Assembly: GCA_040755855.1 (NCBI GenBank)
Contig: JBFMAD010000001.1
Location: forward strand, 358,466-422,465
Direction of reading: 5' to 3'
DNA length: 64,000 bases
From: Planctomycetota bacterium
GTDB taxonomy: Bacteria; Planctomycetota; Brocadiia; JAADGH01
Part shown: positions 38,401-46,166 of the stretch, one piece after another
How the letters are laid out: each line of letters opens with the position of its first letter
How positions within the stretch are numbered: the stretch's first letter is position 1
The notes under the pieces: generated by a model
The model's database searches: none
Told to the model about the DNA's origin: nothing
The model's input: the letters and a program-made list of their open reading frames with translations, nothing else
Translations under genes and position numbers: made by a program

Positions 38401-38661
38401 GCCGAGGAAAAGGGTCTTGCCCATGACCACCGGCTCATAGGAGGCATCGAAATGGAGCCGAGGTTCATTGGGCCATGCCAGCCGATACGGCGGCAGCTCG
38501 CGGACCCACTGCACGTGCAGCTCGTCCGGCAGGTCCTCCGGCGACGCCGCGCTGCGGTTGGCGTCGCACCGCCACATCGGCCAGTCGGCGGCAAAGGACG
38601 CTGCGCACAGCAAGACGACTAACCATATCCGCTCAACGAGTTTCCATGTTAGGTTTCGCAC
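35443..38661 (-). CDS. secreted PQQ-like beta-propeller repeat protein with an internal SAM-methyltransferase-like domain
   Basis: DWPMWR.D..RS start; repeated (A/C).D..(T/D)G...W blades; GYCLALG...G.L, LIVSE, LRPYGG (MT-like); Cys-rich C-terminus. GTG38661 follows GGAG. Confidence 0.8.
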   Translation of the reverse strand: MRNLTWKLVERIWLVVLLCAASFAADWPMWRCDANRSAASPEDLPDELHVQWVRELPPYRLAWPNEPRLHFDASYEPVVMGKTLFLGSPCDGSVTAFDTETGEETWRFHTEGPVRLAPAAWEGCIYAGSDDGYLYCLSAEDGSLRWKVRGAPEDRPDRRHLGNGRLISYWPVRGGPALADGAIYFGAGIWPTLGVFVVAVDARTGKVIWRNDKLNYIEKVRIDHNALHDVGISPQGYLAAVGDKLLIANGRSMPCGLDRKTGDLLYYVQGYRRGDCRVTAMGEYAFVGREAVVNTSDGREVGSRWKAAGEDAPPQFDLKKMHLFEGPMFGYKMFPACDAYSVLTDSTVYGMHGGAFYAYDLTMPKLTEYEKKFSGETLTPWRWDLAALWKQQTKHTQKDVLSQTIIKAGNRLYGHANKVLIALELPTDEGQARIAWETSLDGTPTSMTAADGKLFVATREGRLYCLSGVAGEPKIHIYEKLALPQKDDEAAGLAEDLAARINVAEGYCLALGIGDGRLIEALLADPKVKVIAVDADASKVHAFRQRLVAAGVYGTRAEAFTGNPFEFPFPPYLACLIVSEDPKAAGFSADMPPRKLYDILRPYGGMACLKMSVEEQDDFAKSAEQAGLPGAEIEKAGEFVRLRRGGALPGSASWTHETAEAARTYYSKDKLVKAPLGILWYGDGEDYGFYKRKDYDVGVKPQVVGGRAYAFRIDDRTLVAYDVYTGRHLWERKVERYTRYVSMPDGIYAAGGNRCVVHGPATGEEIKTFPIDTEDPPIVKDIRLADDVIVIAVSFQETPRIENGLWDSTMLVALDRQTGKMLWKKEAEERFNNNAVAAGGGMVFCIDSLTPIDNERAKRRGEELKTIPSTVMALDARTGEVQWTAVTESAYRYRGEAGQALGIRSSDDWLAYADEVRVLLAGKEGQTRAFDARTGEKLWEGKVGGPPMIVQGATFLTQGAAIYDAMTGKHVRSVPFVPRGGCNYCVANVHLILLRARTAAYFDIASGDKYYLRNIRSGCSNSLVAADGLLNVPNFAVGCVCNYPIQTAFAMMHMPEVGPWAGEAPIALPKDK

Positions 38662-38689
38662 CGGTGAGTTTCTCCAAAAAACTGAAGGG

Positions 38690-41600
38690 CTATCGTCTCT
38701 CGCCCCGCAGCACCGCCGTTGCGTGCCGGGCGAAAAGCCCGTGCAGATCTGTCTCGTAATCCGCCAGGATTTTTTTACCAATGCCATCCTTGTCGCCACA
38801 GCGATAGAGCGCCCTTGCCAGGATCAGCTCGCGGAGCGCGTCGCTGCGCACCTTCGTGTCAACCGTGCGCCGCGGGTTTGCGAGGGGCCGCTCCACCGAG
38901 TGGCAGGCATAGCCCGTCATGCCGGGTTTGGACAGCAGTTCGGCCAGCGCCTCTGCCCCTGCCGGGTCGCTCAACATCTCCAGCGCCAGCGCCACAGCGC
39001 GATGGTGCGAGAATGCCTGGTCCGCGTCCAACAGTTTCACTTTTGCGATGATCGGGGCGACGGCCCGTCGGTCCCGCGTCCGCCCCATGGCCAGGATGAG
39101 GCTGTCGAGGTGGCTCATGCTCAGGCCGAACTGCCCCATCGCCTTGAACTGCCAGCCCTTGTCCCACTCGGGGGTTGCCTTCACGCACTCGATCAAGGTA
39201 TCCAGGCCGGTGGCGTCCTCCATGACGGCGAGCAGGTGGGCATAGGTCAGCTTGTCCCCCTCCGGAGCGTCGGCGAAGGCCCTGCGCAGCATCGGCAGGG
39301 CCCGGTCGCGGTTCGCCATGAGGACGCCCAGGCCCTTCCAGTCCTTCTTCACCGTTTCGACCGCCGCCTTCACCTGCTCGTCGGGCAGGGGATATGAGTC
39401 CTTATCGCTCAGGACGCTCTCGGGCAGGTTGCCGATCTCGACAAGATGTTTCTGGAGTTCACGGATGTCAATATCCCTCGTGCCGGCGTTCGCCTTCGCC
39501 GCCATGGCCGCGGCGACGCCCGCCGCGTAGCCCTGGTTCTGCAGGTCCGGCTCCATGCGCGTCACCGGGATGGCGTCGCGGTGCGCGGCTGCGCCCAGGC
39601 CCGTGACGAGAATCCCATCAAGGCCCTTCGGCAGCAGGCTGCGATACGGCGTGTATGTCTGCAACCGCCGCGGGTCCACAAGCTGGAGATACGGCTCGAC
39701 GGTGTAGCCGTGCGTATCGAAGGGGGCGGAGCTCTTCACGATCGTGTCGGGGTACGTCCGGTCGTTGACCTGATCGAGGAGGGTAACAGTGAAGTCGCCC
39801 ACGATCCGCCGCCGCTCGCGGGTGTCAATCAGCTGGCCGATGTCGAAGCGCTTGGTGTACATATTTTTCGCATACACGAATAACTGCCACGCGTCCACCA
39901 TATCCGTCTCGTCGGCGATGGTGAAGTCCGTGTTGAAATAGCTGACGCCGAAGTCCCGGCACGGCAGCCCGGTGCCCTGCACGGCGATGTCCGACCCGTC
40001 GGTCCAGACGCACGGCGCGCCCGCAGCCGCGGCGATGTCGGCGCTGCCGCTAGAATCAATGACCACCTTCGCCAGAACCACGCCCCGGCCCTCCGGCGTC
40101 GCGACGACGGCCCCCTTCACGCGGTCACCCTCCACAAACGCCCCACACCCGAGGCAGCCGAACCAGATGTCCGCCCCCGCCTTGCGCAGCTCGCTCCGCC
40201 ACCACTCCATTCGCTGCTCGATCTCCCAGCTGCTCGCCCCGCCCTCGACCTCCTTTGTGAAGCCGACGCGGTTGCCGCCGCAGTATTTTGTGATGGACCC
40301 CAGCGTGCCGACGCCGCCCAGCCCGTGCAGGTACTCGACCACGAGGGTCTTCGCCCCCCGCCGCGCCGCGCCGATCCCCGCGGGCGCGCCGCTCGTCCCC
40401 CCGCCGATGACGACCACGTCGTAGTCCCCAAGCACAGGCAGCCCCCGCTCCTCCTGCCGAACGGTCGGCAATCCCTGCGTCGGACGAAGGCCGGCCAGAA
40501 TCTCGCGCACATCGCCCGCGGCGATCGGTTCGCCCCTCGCCCCGGGCAGGCGCGGTTGTCGAGGTTCGGGGGTGGACCTCGCCTCTTCGGCCGCCGCCGC
40601 CCCTATCTTCATACCCAGGTCAATCAAAGCCAACGGTCGCATCAGCCTCTCCGCCTCCTCGCGCGGCGCATCGGCACAGCCGCCGAGCACATACACGCGA
40701 TCAACCCCTGCGGGACGGCACGCGGCGACGCCCGACCGCCCACGCCCCTCGATGGGGTCCGGCGGGATGTGAAATAGCACCTCCGAGGCGAACTGTTGTC
40801 CCGGATGGCAGGTCATGTCCCGCGCCGTCTGCTCCACTTTGGCCCAGGATGCAAAGCCGCCATCGTTCAACGGCAGGCTCATCGTGTATTCGAAGGTCTG
40901 ATACTCTCGCACGACCGCCTGCCGTTTTTCCTTGGGTCCGATCAGTACCCTGGCGACGTACGGGTTCCCGATCTTTTGAACGGTCATGCCGGGACCCGTT
41001 CGCGCCTCGCCGCCGATGACCACGCGCCTCAGCGTCTGATCGCCTGCGGGAAACGGACGGGCCTTGGCCCCGGCCATGCGAGCGACCCACGCTCGGTCGG
41101 TGGCGTCAATGATCACCTTCGCAACCACGGCCTGCCGACCCGCGCGGTTGGCCATCACGATCCCGCACGGTTCTCCATCGCCGTCGCGAAGGACATCCGT
41201 GGCGCAGCAACTGAATAGGAAGCCCACCTTAGCGTCGAGCAGCGCCCGGTCGAGCGTCGCCTTGATGTGCAACGGCTTGGCGGGAAAGCGGACCTCGGCG
41301 GGAACCTGGTCTGCTTTTCCGACGACCACGATTTCGCCGATCAGAAGCCGCGTCGCTTCGGGGGCGCGCTTGAGGGCAAACCGGAGGTATCGCGCCGCGG
41401 CGTTCACCTCGGCCAAGAGTGGAACGGCTTGCTCGCTAACGATGTCCTGTTCCGGATTCGTATTCCTGACAACTGCAACTTCCCGCCACTCTGTGCCGTC
41501 GGCGCTGATGTGGACCGCCGCGTTGTCCACCTTGAAGTCCTTCTGGTGGTAAACCAGCGCGCCTGCCTTCTCCACCTGCTGCTCCTTGAGCAGGTCCACG

Positions 41601-42088
41601 GTGAAGGCGACGTCGCCGTCGTACTGGACGCTTTCCCGCGACGCGCTGCGCCACTTGCGGTCGCGGAGCAGGGAAGGGGGATCGCTGTCCGGGTGCTTGC
41701 CCGACGAGGGTTTGTCGGCCTTGTATGTGAAGTCCAGGAGCGCGTCGGCGTTGAAGGATTCGTCTGTTTGGGGTTCGGCGGCAAACAACTTCTCCGCCAG
41801 AGGAGACGTCGGCGTTTCGTCCTTGTGCAGCCAAAGCCGCAGGGGGCCGCACATGTCGTCGCCGAGGTATGGCCGCGGGGCCGCGAGGAAGACCTTGGCC
41901 CCGTTTTCAGCAGCGGCGACGGCCGCGGCAACCGCCCCCGTGCTGCCGCCGACCACGACGACATCCACCCGATAGGCGACGGGGATGTCTCTGGAAGATT
42001 CCTTAACCACAGGGAATGATATCTCCGCTGCCCGAATCGCAGCGGCGAGAAGCAAACTCACCAGGATCAGCCGAAAGCCCGATCTCAT
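38690..42088 (-). CDS. secreted FAD-dependent oxidoreductase with two FAD-binding units and an inserted discoidin-like domain
   Basis: Signal peptide; DVVVVGGSTG and DVVVIGGGTSG; AKVIIDAT and AKVVIDSS; RERRRIVG, PYRSLLPK; insert S.DG.EW...ARYLRF. Confidence 0.82.
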   Translation of the reverse strand: MRSGFRLILVSLLLAAAIRAAEISFPVVKESSRDIPVAYRVDVVVVGGSTGAVAAAVAAAENGAKVFLAAPRPYLGDDMCGPLRLWLHKDETPTSPLAEKLFAAEPQTDESFNADALLDFTYKADKPSSGKHPDSDPPSLLRDRKWRSASRESVQYDGDVAFTVDLLKEQQVEKAGALVYHQKDFKVDNAAVHISADGTEWREVAVVRNTNPEQDIVSEQAVPLLAEVNAAARYLRFALKRAPEATRLLIGEIVVVGKADQVPAEVRFPAKPLHIKATLDRALLDAKVGFLFSCCATDVLRDGDGEPCGIVMANRAGRQAVVAKVIIDATDRAWVARMAGAKARPFPAGDQTLRRVVIGGEARTGPGMTVQKIGNPYVARVLIGPKEKRQAVVREYQTFEYTMSLPLNDGGFASWAKVEQTARDMTCHPGQQFASEVLFHIPPDPIEGRGRSGVAACRPAGVDRVYVLGGCADAPREEAERLMRPLALIDLGMKIGAAAAEEARSTPEPRQPRLPGARGEPIAAGDVREILAGLRPTQGLPTVRQEERGLPVLGDYDVVVIGGGTSGAPAGIGAARRGAKTLVVEYLHGLGGVGTLGSITKYCGGNRVGFTKEVEGGASSWEIEQRMEWWRSELRKAGADIWFGCLGCGAFVEGDRVKGAVVATPEGRGVVLAKVVIDSSGSADIAAAAGAPCVWTDGSDIAVQGTGLPCRDFGVSYFNTDFTIADETDMVDAWQLFVYAKNMYTKRFDIGQLIDTRERRRIVGDFTVTLLDQVNDRTYPDTIVKSSAPFDTHGYTVEPYLQLVDPRRLQTYTPYRSLLPKGLDGILVTGLGAAAHRDAIPVTRMEPDLQNQGYAAGVAAAMAAKANAGTRDIDIRELQKHLVEIGNLPESVLSDKDSYPLPDEQVKAAVETVKKDWKGLGVLMANRDRALPMLRRAFADAPEGDKLTYAHLLAVMEDATGLDTLIECVKATPEWDKGWQFKAMGQFGLSMSHLDSLILAMGRTRDRRAVAPIIAKVKLLDADQAFSHHRAVALALEMLSDPAGAEALAELLSKPGMTGYACHSVERPLANPRRTVDTKVRSDALRELILARALYRCGDKDGIGKKILADYETDLHGLFARHATAVLRGERR

Positions 42089-42127
42089 CGCGTTCTCCTT
42101 CGCATTAAATGGTGCGCATCATAAACC

Positions 42128-42206
42128 ATGATAGTCTCTGGGATGCCGGAACGTCAAGGATTGATCGAGAATTTCGATTGACTGCCGAGGCCCTGTTGGT
42201 TAACCT
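42128..42206. promoter_or_regulatory. divergent promoter pair
   Basis: Plus strand TTGACT(42178)-17 nt-TAACCT(42201); minus strand TTGACG(42157)-18 nt-TATCAT. Confidence 0.5.
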
Positions 42207-42250
42207 TAACTTTCTGCCCTCGGGTGGCGACTGGGCGGGGACTCTATCAA

Positions 42251-44341
42251 ATGGAATCCATAAGACGCTGCACCCAAATGCTGATAGATAACGAGACCGG
42301 CCTTACCATCGGCGATTCTTCGAAGACGCTCTTCCCTGATGTGCAGGCGATTGATCTAACTGCGCTATGCCGGGCCATCGAGAAGCGGCGCAAGGGCGGC
42401 ATCGCCTCGGCCTCGGGCATCCGGCAGGTCTTCGACGCGACCCGCGGCGACGAGCCGAGTGATTTTGTGGATGGCCGGGGAACAGAGATCACCGACGCGG
42501 CGAAGGCTTATGTCGCTACCATTGCGGGGACATTCGTGGATTACCTGGCGCGAAGCAAGGGGCCTTCGTCGGGCCCGGTCAAGATCGTTGTGGGAATTGA
42601 CACCCGCCCGACGGGGACGGCCATCGCTGACGTCGTTGTTCGCATGCTCCTCGCAAAGGGCGTGGACGTGCGCTACATCTTCGTCGCCGCCGTGACGAAG
42701 GCGGTGGTCTACACCCGCGAGTCGGCGGACGGGTTTATCTACATCAGCGCAAGCCACAATCCCATCGGCTACAACGGCGTCAAGCTCGGCCTGGCCGACG
42801 GACGGACGCTCCCCGCGAAGGAATCCTACGAGTTCATCGCGGAATATGAGGCGGCCCTGTCCGACCCGGGGCGAATCCGCGACACGATTGTGCGCGTCAA
42901 CGGCGTCCCGGCGGAAGACGTCCAAAGGGTATTCGCAGATATTGATCGATGGCGAGCCGAGGCGCGCGCGGTGTATGGTGAGTTCTGCGACTGCATCATG
43001 ACCGGCGCCCTGGATCCGCGTGAAGCGCAGGAAAAGAAGGCGCACCTGAGCAAGCAGGTGCGGGCGATGGACCTCTGGATCGGCCTCGATCCGAACGGCG
43101 GCGCGCGGCAGGACAGGGACTATCTCGAAAGCTGGGGATTCCACGTGGCGGAGATCAACGCCCGGCTGCGAGCGGACATCGTCCACGAGCTGGCCCCGAC
43201 GCCGACCGCCTCCGAAGCGGCGCGCAAAGAGATGCTCCGCCTGCAGAGCGAGGGCAAGAAGATCGTTGCGTTTTTCGTCTTCGACACGGACGGCGACCGG
43301 CGCAACATCGTCGTTCCCGACGGCCGGGGCGGGGCCTTCCTGCCCGGCATTCAGACCGTCTTCGCCCTCGACATCCTTGCCGCCGTGGGGGAAAAGATCG
43401 AACGCGGAGAATTAACGTATGATGCGCAAGGCAAGGCCCGCGAGCGGGTCGGCGTCGCCGTCAACGACGCCACTTCGTCCCTCATGGAACGAATCGCCGA
43501 GCGGTTCGATTTCGTCCTCAGACGGGTCGAGACCGGCGAGGCGTCGGTGGCGCGCGGCGGAGAGTTGCTGGCGGAAGAGGGCGTGGACGTCGTGATGATG
43601 GGCGAGGGCAGCAACGGCAGCGCGTTTACGCTCGCTCTCCTGGTTCGCGAGCCGATTCACACGATCCATTCCATTGTGAGCCTGATCAGCAGGCCGAGCC
43701 TGGTGCGAGCGCTTGTGGGGCGGCTGGCCCCGGATGTGGATTGCAGCGGGTGGCGCCGCCCGGACAAAATCACGAGTTTGATCGCAAACGTGATCTCCGT
43801 CCTGCCGCCGTCGGAGACGACGGATGTCTTCACAAGCGCCGGCGAGCGGCGCGGTCTGCCCCTGCCTCAGTACCTTTTCAAGGCGGAGTTCGACGCCCTG
43901 TTCGAGGAGGTCTGGCCCGGCAGGCGGCGCGACCTGGCCGAGGGGTTTGTGGACGACCCGTCGCAGTTCTCGTACGAGTTCGTGACCTGCGAATTGGAGA
44001 ACGAACTTCGAGGTCGTGGAAATCGAAAGCGCCAGACCGGCGGCTACAAGATTGAGCTCTTCGCAAACACAAATGGACGCAAGCGCCTCGCGGCGTGGAT
44101 CTGGTTTCGCGTCTCCATGACCGAGCGCGGGTTGACCCGTCGCGCGGCGAGCGTGGCCCACTGGGACCTGTCGCCTGCCGCAGCGGAACTGGTTAAGCGC
44201 AAGCAGAAGCAGTTCGACTCGCTCCTTGAGGAATTGCTCGCGGAGGCGGAGCGGCGCGCGGTAGATCACGTCCGTTCCAGATTTCCCAAAGATTCCGACG
44301 AGAGACGAGAGCTCGAAACGGCGCTCGAAAAGCGGCGTTGA
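42251..44341 (+). CDS. alpha-D-phosphohexomutase (PGM/PMM-like), divergent
   Basis: SASGIR, VGIDTRPTG, ISASHNP (catalytic Ser), DTDGDR (metal loop), ETGE, GEGSNG. Start is 42251 or 42278. Confidence 0.8.
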   Translation: MESIRRCTQMLIDNETGLTIGDSSKTLFPDVQAIDLTALCRAIEKRRKGGIASASGIRQVFDATRGDEPSDFVDGRGTEITDAAKAYVATIAGTFVDYLARSKGPSSGPVKIVVGIDTRPTGTAIADVVVRMLLAKGVDVRYIFVAAVTKAVVYTRESADGFIYISASHNPIGYNGVKLGLADGRTLPAKESYEFIAEYEAALSDPGRIRDTIVRVNGVPAEDVQRVFADIDRWRAEARAVYGEFCDCIMTGALDPREAQEKKAHLSKQVRAMDLWIGLDPNGGARQDRDYLESWGFHVAEINARLRADIVHELAPTPTASEAARKEMLRLQSEGKKIVAFFVFDTDGDRRNIVVPDGRGGAFLPGIQTVFALDILAAVGEKIERGELTYDAQGKARERVGVAVNDATSSLMERIAERFDFVLRRVETGEASVARGGELLAEEGVDVVMMGEGSNGSAFTLALLVREPIHTIHSIVSLISRPSLVRALVGRLAPDVDCSGWRRPDKITSLIANVISVLPPSETTDVFTSAGERRGLPLPQYLFKAEFDALFEEVWPGRRRDLAEGFVDDPSQFSYEFVTCELENELRGRGNRKRQTGGYKIELFANTNGRKRLAAWIWFRVSMTERGLTRRAASVAHWDLSPAAAELVKRKQKQFDSLLEELLAEAERRAVDHVRSRFPKDSDERRELETALEKRR

Positions 44342-44392
44342 TCGCCGACATCGCAAGGTTGCCTGGTCCTGTGGATATGGAGGGGGTGAGAG

Positions 44393-46078
44393 ATGCCGAG
44401 CACCCGACCGGAGAAAAGAGCCGTCGTCACATCAGCCGAGCCCATCCCGGCGGATGAACTCATGGCGCGGATCGAGGCCGATCGAGGCCGCCGATGGCTG
44501 AGGCGGATCTACGGAGAGGAGAAGGACCTTCTCAAGGACAGACGTCGGGCCATCCTGCGCGTCCTCCGCGCCTTCATCCGAGGATACGGAAATGGACGGC
44601 CCGTCATCCTCGTCCGCTCGCCGTCGAGGATCAATGTCAAGGGCGTCCATGCCGAGCACCGGCGCGGCGAGGTGAATTACGTCGCGCACCGGCGCGAAAT
44701 CCTGATGGTCGCGGAACCCCGATCGGACGACGCCGTCGTCATGAACAACGTCTCGCCGTCATTCCCCGAGCGCATATTCACGATTGCGAATGAACTGAAA
44801 CGCAGCCGTCACAAAGACTGGCTGTCGTACATCGAGAGCCCGGGCGTGAGCCGAGTCGTGCGTGAGCGGCGGGGCGACTGGGTGAACTATGTCAAGTCCG
44901 CCGTGCTCCGACTACAGTTTCGCTATCCGCGAATCAAACTGCGCGGCATGAATCTGATGGTGGATGGGGACATCCCGCAGGGTGCGGGCCTCAGCTCATC
45001 CTCTGCGGTTGTCGTATCGTCCGCATTGGCGGCGACTTACATAAACAACTTGCGCCTGACGGCCGGGGAATTGGTCGAGCTTTGCGGGGAAGGGGAATGG
45101 TATGTGGGGACGCGCGGCGGCGCGGGCGATCACGCCGCCATGATCCTCGGCCGTCGGGGATACATCGCTCACCTTCGCTTCTTTCCTTTCGAGCTGCTCG
45201 AGTACGTGCCTCTGCCGAAGACGCACAGCATCGTGATCTGCAATTCGCTCCGGCAGGCCAAGAAGTCGGCCGGCGAACTCAGCGCCTACAACGCGACGAT
45301 CGCGGCGTACGGAACCGTCCTCATGCTCATGAAGGACATCCTCGCAAAATACTTCGGCTTCAAACGATCGTGGCTCAACCGCCGCATCAAACACCTGGGC
45401 GATTTCAATCTCGACAAGAAGCAGTTTCCCGATGCGCTGCTCTACCAAGTCCTGAAACAGATGCCGCAGCGGATCACCCGGCGGCAACTGCTCGAACGAC
45501 TGCCGCAGGAGCGGGACAGACTCCGCAGGATATTCCGCACGCATGACGAACCGGCGGAGGGCTATCGCGCGAGGGCGGTGGCCATGTTCGGCCTGTCCGA
45601 GATCGCCCGAGGCGCAGCATGCGTGAAGCCGCTGAAGCAGAAAGATTACAAGTTATTTGGAAGGTTGATGTATGTCTCGCACGACGGCGACCGGATCGTT
45701 CGGCACGTTGATGGGAAGACAATCTCGTGGGACAATGAGATGACGCAGGTGACCGATGCCTACCTCGATAGGCTGATCGAGAGTTCCCAAGGCAGGCGCC
45801 AACCGCCGGACGCCCAGATCATGATGCAGCCCGGTGGGTATCGCTGCAGCTCCGAGGAACTCGACCACCTGGTGGACATCGCGGCGGGTGTTCGCGGCGT
45901 GGCGGGCGCGGGACTGACGGGCGCCGGATTCGGCGGGTGCGTGCTGGCGCTTGTAAAAAACTCAGCCGTGAAGACGCTCCTGTCCGCCGCGCGGAGACAA
46001 TACTACACCGCCCGCGGCCTGCCTTTCGGCGCAGAGGTGTGCGTGTCCGTGGCGGGCGCTTGCGCCGTGGAAATCTGA
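44393..46078 (+). CDS. galactokinase-like GHMP sugar kinase
   Basis: SPSRINVKGVH, WVNYV, IPQGAGLSSSSA (ATP loop), GAGDH, FGRLMYVSH, GAGLTGAGFGGC. Confidence 0.85.
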   Translation: MPSTRPEKRAVVTSAEPIPADELMARIEADRGRRWLRRIYGEEKDLLKDRRRAILRVLRAFIRGYGNGRPVILVRSPSRINVKGVHAEHRRGEVNYVAHRREILMVAEPRSDDAVVMNNVSPSFPERIFTIANELKRSRHKDWLSYIESPGVSRVVRERRGDWVNYVKSAVLRLQFRYPRIKLRGMNLMVDGDIPQGAGLSSSSAVVVSSALAATYINNLRLTAGELVELCGEGEWYVGTRGGAGDHAAMILGRRGYIAHLRFFPFELLEYVPLPKTHSIVICNSLRQAKKSAGELSAYNATIAAYGTVLMLMKDILAKYFGFKRSWLNRRIKHLGDFNLDKKQFPDALLYQVLKQMPQRITRRQLLERLPQERDRLRRIFRTHDEPAEGYRARAVAMFGLSEIARGAACVKPLKQKDYKLFGRLMYVSHDGDRIVRHVDGKTISWDNEMTQVTDAYLDRLIESSQGRRQPPDAQIMMQPGGYRCSSEELDHLVDIAAGVRGVAGAGLTGAGFGGCVLALVKNSAVKTLLSAARRQYYTARGLPFGAEVCVSVAGACAVEI

Positions 46079-46166
46079 ACATTCAACCGATGAGGTGAAA
46101 CCAACCATGAGACCTAATGCCTGCCTGCCTGTAACGGTTGTTGAACGAGTCTTTGAGGAGAAAGGC

